A stretch of DNA of 29,068 nt from a virus. Below, in pieces: positions 15,391 through 22,021 of this stretch. Made by a program: the position numbers and the translations under genes. Under the pieces are notes generated by a model. That model ran no database searches. It was not told where the DNA came from and worked only from the letters and a program-made list of their open reading frames with translations. Numbering within the stretch: position 1 is the stretch's first letter; each line of letters starts with the position of its first letter. The stretch lies in IMG/VR virus record IMGVR_UViG_3300030390_000234; one strand, 5' to 3'.

Positions 15391-15671
15391 TGACTAAGGA
15401 ACAAGTAGATTTAATGCTCAGAAAGATGAATTGGGTAAAGTGTAAAAGCTATGTAAACGACCCTCATCATTATTCTCGCATAATGGATATTAATACAGAT
15501 GAAGTCGCAAAGGCTTGGAAAGGAGTTGTAACACATATCTGGGAAAATAGAAAAATGGAATACTGGAAGTATGGAAAGTCGTTTCCTTATTACAGAGCCA
15601 ATGGTTATAAGTACTGGGTTATGGACAAAACAATAAATAGCACAGACTTAATTAATAGAGCAAAGATTTGA
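15390..15671 (+). CDS. Hypothetical protein (93 aa), Trp/Tyr-rich
   Basis: TAATG coupling to the ParB-N gene and TTGA coupling to the next gene. No catalytic motif recognised. Confidence 0.55.
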   Translation: MTKEQVDLMLRKMNWVKCKSYVNDPHHYSRIMDINTDEVAKAWKGVVTHIWENRKMEYWKYGKSFPYYRANGYKYWVMDKTINSTDLINRAKI

Positions 15672-16438
15672 AAAAATACATATTAGTAGGTACAACGATT
15701 GATAGGTTCTCTATGCTTTTAAAGTTAATAGAGTCTATCAATTTGTATTTAAAAGACTTCAAATTAATTTTAGTTGCACAAGGGTATAATGAAGAAGTAA
15801 GTAATTATCTATCTACTCAAATAAAAGTAGATTATAAAATTATAATGTTACCTAAGTTAGTAGGAATGCATAATTCTAAAATGATAGGTTTAGAATACAT
15901 AGATAAAGAATGCAAAGATTATTTAGTTTGTTCATCAGATGATGATATGGTTTTTACAAATAAAACAACTTTTACAAAATCAATTAATAAGTTACAAGAA
16001 TCTAATACTGGTATGGTTAGTTTAGGTTGGGTAAGGCACATAAACGCTTTATCTAAATATAAAGTTGTTGATGAGTTTGTAAAGCAAAATATTATATATA
16101 CTGGTGGTGGTTTATTGTTTACTAATAAATTAACTCAAATCCTTTTGCAAGAGCCACGAAAAGAATACATATGCGATAACACATTATGGAGTATATTATC
16201 TTACACGAATGGCTATAATAATTACCGATATAGAGGTAGTTGTACAATACATAATATATGTAGTGTCGGTGGTAGAAGAAGTTGGATTGATGGTGGTAAA
16301 ACTGAATTAGGAAGAACAGATTTAGTAGAGTTTAAAAAAAGTAAATTATCTAAGCCTAACAAATTAGACTATTTAATTCCAGATAGTTCTTGTATAACTG
16401 AATTAGGACATCAACTTCATAAACAAAACAAAAAATGA
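15668..16438 (+). CDS. GT-A fold (family 2-like) glycosyltransferase candidate, 256 aa, TTG start
   Basis: KYILVGTTIDRFSMLLKLIESI (beta1/alpha1 of GT-A), and YLVCSSDDDMVF (DxD-like acidic motif). The TTG at 15668 overlaps the upstream TGA. The next in-frame ATG would delete the first strand. Confidence 0.5.
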   Translation: MKKYILVGTTIDRFSMLLKLIESINLYLKDFKLILVAQGYNEEVSNYLSTQIKVDYKIIMLPKLVGMHNSKMIGLEYIDKECKDYLVCSSDDDMVFTNKTTFTKSINKLQESNTGMVSLGWVRHINALSKYKVVDEFVKQNIIYTGGGLLFTNKLTQILLQEPRKEYICDNTLWSILSYTNGYNNYRYRGSCTIHNICSVGGRRSWIDGGKTELGRTDLVEFKKSKLSKPNKLDYLIPDSSCITELGHQLHKQNKK

Positions 16439-16803
16439 TTGAACACAAACATCTAATAGTTAAAGGCTTTTATCAAGGTACAATGACTAAAACAAGGATA
16501 AGACATTTTTTAAATGATTTAATATTCCTTTTAGATATGAAGCTAATGGAACTTCCTAATAACCCAAACATAGGTTATGTTGGTGGAGAAGGCTCTGGGC
16601 ATACTGGAGTGGCTATTATAACTACATCACATATTGTATTGCATTGTTGGGAAAAAACTATGGAGTACCAATTAGATGTATATTCTTGTAAAAAGTTTGA
16701 CCCAGCAACTATAATAGCTTATTGTTCTGATGAGAGATTTTATAAAGTTTCAGCAAGATTCTTTGATAGAAATTATGATATAATTACAGATGAAGATATA
16801 TAG
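16435..16803 (+). CDS. AdoMetDC-fold (SpeD-like) pyruvoyl-dependent decarboxylase homologue, 122 aa
   Basis: HKHLIVKGFY...GSGHTGVAIITTSHIVLHCWEKTMEYQLDVYSCKKFDP aligns with the class-1 SpeD motifs (G)[19 protein letters not shown]...IDLFTCG..DP. The Ser, His and Cys are conserved. Confidence 0.7.
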   Translation: MIEHKHLIVKGFYQGTMTKTRIRHFLNDLIFLLDMKLMELPNNPNIGYVGGEGSGHTGVAIITTSHIVLHCWEKTMEYQLDVYSCKKFDPATIIAYCSDERFYKVSARFFDRNYDIITDEDI

Positions 16804-18010
16804 CAAAAAGAATGTAGTAGAAGCTGGACTGGAAAGAATAGAAAGAGTGTTTCACGAATTTGAAGAGGTTATTGTTGGTTTCTCTGGTGGTAAAGATTCA
16901 ACAGTTACTTTGCATTTAGCATTAGATGTAGCAAAGAAGCTAAACAGATTACCACTAAAAGTAATGTGGGTAGACCAAGAAGCTGAGTGGCAATCTACTT
17001 GCGACTATGTACAGAGTGTATTTGACAGAGAAGATGTAGAACCTATCTGGTTTCAAATGCCTATGAAATGGAATAACAATATGTCTAACAAGACTAAGCA
17101 TATTACTATTTGGGAGGAGGGTAAAGAATGGATAAGAGAAAAGTCTCCTATATCTATACAAGAAAACAGATACTTAAATGTAGGATTTAATGAATTGTTT
17201 GGCAAGATATTAGAAGTAGACTTTGCAGACAAAAAGACTTGCTATTTATCTGGTGTGAGAACAGAGGAATCTCCTAAACGATTTGTCGCTCTAACTACAA
17301 GCGTTACATATCAAGATATTACTTGGGCAAAGAAATTAAAAAAGGATTTACATTATACATTTTATCCTATTTATGACTGGAGTTATACAGATGTTTGGAA
17401 ATACATTAATGCTGGTAAACTAAACTACAATACAATATATGATGAATTATATCGCAAAGGTGTAGGTCTAAATCAAATGAGAGTATCAAGTCTACATCAC
17501 GAAACATCTTTAAAGGCACTTCTACTTGTACAAGAATTAGAACCTAAGACTTGGGTAAAAATGGCTAAACGACACGATGGTATAAATACTATTAAGCATC
17601 TAAAGGGCGATGCCTATAAGTGTCCTAAGAACTTCCCTTATATGTTTGAAAGCTGGAAAGAGTATGCTCTACATTTAGCAGACAAATTAATAGACAATGA
17701 TAAAAACAAGAAGTCTTTTAATAGGCAAGTAGAAAATCATAAGTTTTTTGACAATGAGTTTTCTGGTAAAGATTATTGGAGAGTAATGATTAATACAATA
17801 CTATCTTTAGATTTTGATTATACAAAATTAAGCAACTATACTATGAGTGCAAATGCAGATACATTTAGAAGGTATCACAGAAACCCTAAAGGTGCTGGGA
17901 AAGATAAATTTGTATGGAAACCAGTAATGCTCAAAAATACCAGATACTTAACTACTGAACAGAAAATAGAAATAACTGAACACTTTAGAAATGAACGACT
18001 TAAAAAATAG
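16790..18010 (+). CDS. PAPS-reductase family PP-loop ATPase with a long C-terminal extension (IbrA-like), 406 aa
   Basis: VIVGFSGGKDSTVTLHLA (PP-loop SGGxDS), YLSGVRTEESPKR, YPIYDWSYTDVWKYI, and a ~170-aa C-terminal domain as in IbrA/DUF3440-type proteins (memory-based). Confidence 0.75.
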   Translation: MKIYSKKNVVEAGLERIERVFHEFEEVIVGFSGGKDSTVTLHLALDVAKKLNRLPLKVMWVDQEAEWQSTCDYVQSVFDREDVEPIWFQMPMKWNNNMSNKTKHITIWEEGKEWIREKSPISIQENRYLNVGFNELFGKILEVDFADKKTCYLSGVRTEESPKRFVALTTSVTYQDITWAKKLKKDLHYTFYPIYDWSYTDVWKYINAGKLNYNTIYDELYRKGVGLNQMRVSSLHHETSLKALLLVQELEPKTWVKMAKRHDGINTIKHLKGDAYKCPKNFPYMFESWKEYALHLADKLIDNDKNKKSFNRQVENHKFFDNEFSGKDYWRVMINTILSLDFDYTKLSNYTMSANADTFRRYHRNPKGAGKDKFVWKPVMLKNTRYLTTEQKIEITEHFRNERLKK

Positions 18011-18665
18011 CATTAAGATAGCTTTTAACAAATCAGAAGATAAAGCTGAGTTTGTAAATGAATTAAGAAGCTGGATGCATAAACATATATCATTAGTTCC
18101 ACAACCAATAGATAATGTGCAATGGGTTCCAGTAGATAAAGTACAACCAAATGACTACAACCCTAATTCAGTTGCTAAGGTGGAAATGGGGCTTCTGTAC
18201 AAGAGTATAAAGCACGATGGCTATACTCAGCCTATTGTAACTATTTACGATGCAGAGATAGACAAATATGTAATAGTAGATGGCTTCCACAGATTTTTTA
18301 CTTGTCAAAGAAACAAGGATATAATGGAAAGGAATAAAGGTATGTTGCCAATAGTAGTTATAGATAAAGATATAAACGATAGAATGGCATCTACTGTTAG
18401 GCATAATAGAGCAAGAGGAGAACACTCAGTAGAGGGAATGTCTAATATGGTATTTGATATGCTTGAAAATGGTTGGAGTGAAGAACGCATCTGTAATCAT
18501 TTAGGTATGGAGCCAGAAGAAATATTAAAGCTGAAACACATAACTGGATTCAGTAAGCTATTTGATAATGTAGAATATAAAAAGTCTTGGGAAACTATGC
18601 AACAACTCAAAGCAAAAAAGGCTTTCATAAGACCTAATCAATCAAATCACAATGAACAAAACTGA
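17991..18665 (+). CDS. ParB/Srx-like protein of IbrB type, 224 aa
   Basis: VPVDKVQPNDYNPNSV...GYTQPIVTIYDAEIDKYVIVDGFHRFFTC...RMASTVRHNRARGEHS. It overlaps the PP-loop gene by 20 nt and terS by 14 nt. Confidence 0.7.
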   Translation: MNDLKNSIKIAFNKSEDKAEFVNELRSWMHKHISLVPQPIDNVQWVPVDKVQPNDYNPNSVAKVEMGLLYKSIKHDGYTQPIVTIYDAEIDKYVIVDGFHRFFTCQRNKDIMERNKGMLPIVVIDKDINDRMASTVRHNRARGEHSVEGMSNMVFDMLENGWSEERICNHLGMEPEEILKLKHITGFSKLFDNVEYKKSWETMQQLKAKKAFIRPNQSNHNEQN

Positions 18666-18996
18666 ACACTTAAAAAAGCGATTAATTGAAGCACTAGAAA
18701 AATCTCTCGGTGTTGTAACAACGGCTTGTAAAAAGGTGGATTGTAGCAGAACAACATTTTATCAATATATACAAGATGATAAAGAATTTGCTAAACAAGT
18801 TACAGATATAGAGAATATTGCTTTAGATTATGCAGAGAGTCAATTACACAGACAAATAGGAGATGGTAATACATCAGCAACTATATTCTTCTTAAAGACT
18901 AAAGGTAAGAGAAGAGGATATGTAGAGCGTAACGAAATAGACTTATCATCAGAGGAAAGAGTCTTGATAAACATAATGCCTTTTGAAGAAAAATGA
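18652..18996 (+). CDS. terS: Terminase small subunit, 114 aa
   Basis: HTH (TTACKKVDCSRTTFYQYIQDDKEF) followed by ...LDYAESQLHRQIGDGNTSATIFFLKTKGKRRGY. It lies directly upstream of, and overlaps, the large terminase gene. Confidence 0.7.
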   Translation: MNKTEHLKKRLIEALEKSLGVVTTACKKVDCSRTTFYQYIQDDKEFAKQVTDIENIALDYAESQLHRQIGDGNTSATIFFLKTKGKRRGYVERNEIDLSSEERVLINIMPFEEK

Positions 18997-20299
18997 TGTT
19001 AAATTATTTCCAAAGCAAATTGAATGCTTTACCTATTTAGAGGATAGCACAACATCAGAAATATTATTTGGTGGTGGTGCTGGTGGTTCTAAAACATTTA
19101 CTGGGTGCTTGTGGCAAATAATGAGGAGATTAAAATATCCAAAGACAAGGAGTGTAATAGGAAGGTCTAAGCTAAAGAACTTAAAAGGTACGACACTAAA
19201 TACATTCTTTGAAGTGGCAGACGAGTATTGTGGTTTGGTAAGAGGAACACATTACTTCTATAATCATAATGAAAGTATAATCACATTCTATAATGGCTCT
19301 GAAATATACCTAAAAGATTTATTCTTTTTTCCATCAGACCCAGAGTTTACCAGTTTAGGTGGTTTAGAAATTACAGATTGCTTCATAGATGAATGTGCTG
19401 AGGTAACATCTAAGGCAGTAACTATTCTCAATTCAAGGATAAGATACAAATTAGATGAGTATAATTTAATACCTAAAACACTACTTACTTGCAATCCATC
19501 TAAAGGCTGGTTATATACACAATTCTACAAACCAGCATTAACAAATGATTTACCAGAACATAGGAAGTTTATTAAATCCTTAGTTACAGACAACAAAGCT
19601 ATATCTAAACATTATATATCTCAATTAGGTAAGCTGGATAAAATAAGTAAAGAGCGTTTACTATTTGGTAACTGGGAATATAACGATGATGATGCATTGC
19701 TTATTAAGTTTGATGCTCTGCAAGACACATTCACTAATACATATGTAGAAGAGGGAATGAAAGTAATTACTTGCGATGTAGCGAGGTTTGGAGATGATAA
19801 GACTGTCATATGCCTTTGGAATGGTTTACGGCTAGAGAGCATTGTTAAATTCGATAAGAGTAGTGTATTAGAAGTAGTTAGTGAGATTAAACTAATGTGT
19901 CAGTTAAATAGTGTTTCATATTCTAGGATAGTAATAGACCAAGATGGTGTAGGTGGTGGAGTAGTAGATTATCTTTCTGGGTGTGTTGGATTTGTAAATG
20001 GAAGCAAAGCACTCAAAGGAGAGAATTACCAAAACCTAAAGACACAATGTTATTATAAATTAGCAGAGGTAATTAATGCTGGGCAAATGTATATTACAGA
20101 CACACAATACAAAGAGGAAATCATATCTGAATTAGAGATAGTTAAGAGAACACAAGTAGATAAGGATAGCCACAAATTAGCTATTGAGGGTAAAGATGTA
20201 ATGAAACAGAAATTAGGACACTCGCCAGATTATGCAGATGCTATAATGATGAGAATGTGGTATCATATGAAATCAAATTACGGAGAGTATGCGTTCTAA
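18983..20299 (+). CDS. terL: Terminase large subunit (PBSX/Terminase_3-like), 438 aa, probable TTG start
   Basis: Walker A FGGGAGGSKT, Walker B/catalytic ITDCFIDECAEV, coupling motif LLTCNP. The C-terminal nuclease half has CDVARFGDDKTV...IDQDGVGGGVVD...SPDYADA. No in-frame ATG lies upstream of Walker A. Confidence 0.9.
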   Translation: MKKNDVKLFPKQIECFTYLEDSTTSEILFGGGAGGSKTFTGCLWQIMRRLKYPKTRSVIGRSKLKNLKGTTLNTFFEVADEYCGLVRGTHYFYNHNESIITFYNGSEIYLKDLFFFPSDPEFTSLGGLEITDCFIDECAEVTSKAVTILNSRIRYKLDEYNLIPKTLLTCNPSKGWLYTQFYKPALTNDLPEHRKFIKSLVTDNKAISKHYISQLGKLDKISKERLLFGNWEYNDDDALLIKFDALQDTFTNTYVEEGMKVITCDVARFGDDKTVICLWNGLRLESIVKFDKSSVLEVVSEIKLMCQLNSVSYSRIVIDQDGVGGGVVDYLSGCVGFVNGSKALKGENYQNLKTQCYYKLAEVINAGQMYITDTQYKEEIISELEIVKRTQVDKDSHKLAIEGKDVMKQKLGHSPDYADAIMMRMWYHMKSNYGEYAF

Positions 20300-20834
20300 G
20301 AAATACCATCCAATAGAGTATGTGTACAAAGACTATAATTATTTTCTAGGCTTTGCTATCAAAAAAACTAAAGACACTTTCTTAGCAGAGGATTTAGTGC
20401 AAGAGGTTTTTCTACAATTACTAACAATGAATCATCACAAGCTATTAATCATATTAGATGGTGGTAAGATTAAGACTTATGTTTGCAAGATAATGCTGGT
20501 AAAGTATTTCAGTAAAAAATCACAATTTCATAAGAAGAATGTAAAATATAAGAATAACAAAGTAAGACCTACAAATAACAATAGTTTTATAGAGAAGAAG
20601 ATTAATGAGCAAATAGAACACACAGATAATGTAGATGATATGTTAGCTAAAATAGATAACTGCCTTAAAACTATGGACGCATACGATACTAAAGTATTTA
20701 AGTTATATTATGAAACTGGTTTATCATTTAGAAAGCTAGAAGAAGAAACTGGTATTAGCCAAAGGTCTTTGCGTAACACAATAACTAAGGTAAGAGATAA
20801 CATTAAAATTCAGTTAAATGCAATTAAAGAGTAA
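20289..20834 (+). CDS. ECF-like sigma-70 family RNA polymerase sigma factor, 181 aa
   Basis: Region 2: FLAEDLVQEVFLQLL. Region 4 HTH: VFKLYYETGLSFRKLEEETGISQRSLRNTITKVRDNIK. Confidence 0.75.
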   Translation: MRSKKYHPIEYVYKDYNYFLGFAIKKTKDTFLAEDLVQEVFLQLLTMNHHKLLIILDGGKIKTYVCKIMLVKYFSKKSQFHKKNVKYKNNKVRPTNNNSFIEKKINEQIEHTDNVDDMLAKIDNCLKTMDAYDTKVFKLYYETGLSFRKLEEETGISQRSLRNTITKVRDNIKIQLNAIKE

Positions 20835-21222
20835 CCCAGAAGTACAAAGTAAACGAATTGCTATCTGTGAAGCGTGTAAACATTTCCGTAAAAAGACAAG
20901 GACTTGTGGTACTCCAGTAATAGGTAATAAGATAGGAAGCAAAAGACTATGTGGTTGCTTTATGGATTTAAAGACTAAACTATCATTTAGCACTTGTCCA
21001 TTAAGTAAGTGGGGAGATTACCAAATTACAGATGAGGACTACAAAAGTATGAAACGCTTAATTGCTGATGTTACACATACAATTACGGCTGGACAAAAAA
21101 ATACAATGTATGCATTGCTAAATAAATATACTGGCACAAATAGATTGTCTAATAATTGTGTTCCTTGTTTAAAAGGCTCTTTAGATGAAATTAAAGATAT
21201 TATAGAAGAATACGAAAAGTAG
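20818..21222 (+). CDS. Cys-rich (probably zinc-binding) protein, 134 aa, overlapping the sigma factor gene
   Basis: RIAICEACKHF...TCGTPV...LCGCFMDLKTKLSFSTCPLSKW plus CVPC near the C-terminus. Overlaps the sigma gene by 17 nt. Confidence 0.55.
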   Translation: MQLKSNPEVQSKRIAICEACKHFRKKTRTCGTPVIGNKIGSKRLCGCFMDLKTKLSFSTCPLSKWGDYQITDEDYKSMKRLIADVTHTITAGQKNTMYALLNKYTGTNRLSNNCVPCLKGSLDEIKDIIEEYEK

Positions 21223-21263
21223 TCGTTAGCTAAAAAACCAAAAAACAACTTTAAATTTATAAG

Positions 21264-21866
21264 ATGAAGAAATCATTTGAATTGTTAATACCGACTGAAT
21301 GGTCTGAGATTTCAATCAAACAATATACAGATTACATAAAGTCTGTAACAGAAAATGATAGTGATGAGGACTATATGTCTAATATACTTTTAAATTTCTG
21401 TGGTGTGAAAAGCAATATGATTAAGTACTTTAAGGTAACTGATTTACAGAAGATTAAAGAATCATTAGATAAGTTAATTAGTAGCCCAATAAATACTCAT
21501 ATCATTCACAAGATAAAAATAGATGGTGTAAAGTATGGTTTCCATCCTAACTTAGATGAAATGACAATGGGCGAATTTATTGATTTAGATACACACGCAA
21601 AGAACAATGATATGTCTAAAATGATGAATGTACTATATAGACCTATAACCAAAGAAGAGGGCAATAGATATGATATAGAAAGCTATTCATTTAAGAAGCA
21701 CGGAGATAACTATTTAAAGTTTCAGAACCTAAGCATAAACATAGCAAATGCAGTTGCAGTTTTTTTTTGGACTTTAGGAAGCAAATTATTAACCAGTTTT
21801 CAAACATCTTCCAATCAAATGGACAAAAAAGCAAAGACAATGGATTCGGCTGGTTTGCGATACTAG
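21264..21866 (+). CDS. Tail assembly chaperone-like protein, zero-frame product (G-like), 200 aa
   Basis: It has the two-ORF architecture with a slippery run near its 3' end. The acidic N-terminal half and MTMGEFIDLD segment resemble chaperone families (memory-based). Confidence 0.55.
   Translation: MKKSFELLIPTEWSEISIKQYTDYIKSVTENDSDEDYMSNILLNFCGVKSNMIKYFKVTDLQKIKESLDKLISSPINTHIIHKIKIDGVKYGFHPNLDEMTMGEFIDLDTHAKNNDMSKMMNVLYRPITKEEGNRYDIESYSFKKHGDNYLKFQNLSINIANAVAVFFWTLGSKLLTSFQTSSNQMDKKAKTMDSAGLRY
21760..21768 (+). promoter_or_regulatory. T9 slippery run (U UUU UUU in the zero frame) for -1 recoding into ORF 21767-22021
   Basis: The zero frame reads GCA GTT TTT TTT TGG. The heptamer T TTT TTT occupies 21761-21767. 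The -1 frame is open from 21767 to 22021. Confidence 0.65.
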
Positions 21867-22021
21867 ATACACTAGCTGGTGGTAATGTACTAAATTATGA
21901 TAAAGTGGCAACCAGCGAACTAAATATGTGCCTTATGAAGCTATCTCTTGACGCACATAAACATAACGAGCAAAGATTAGAAGCTAAAAAGCGAGAAGCA
22001 CAAAATAAAGCAAGAAGATGA
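21767..22021 (+). CDS. -1 frame extension giving a GT-like fusion (21264..21767 joined to 21767..22021, about 252 aa)
   Basis: The 84-codon ORF has no ATG (the track starts it at a TTG inside the T run). Its TGA forms an ATGA overlap with the next structural gene. The peptide ...GFGWFAILDTLAGGNVLNYDKVATSELNMCLMKLSL... is helical and T-like. Confidence 0.6.
   Translation: MDFRKQIINQFSNIFQSNGQKSKDNGFGWFAILDTLAGGNVLNYDKVATSELNMCLMKLSLDAHKHNEQRLEAKKREAQNKARR

Noticed and set aside
2212-21256. The short motif ACTTTAAA 9-12 nt upstream of several late gene starts (2236, 4629, 21264), considered as a late promoter or translation signal.
   Set aside because: It is an 8-mer of mostly A/T in an AT-rich genome, at variable distance and in only three instances. 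I cannot distinguish it from chance without a statistical scan.
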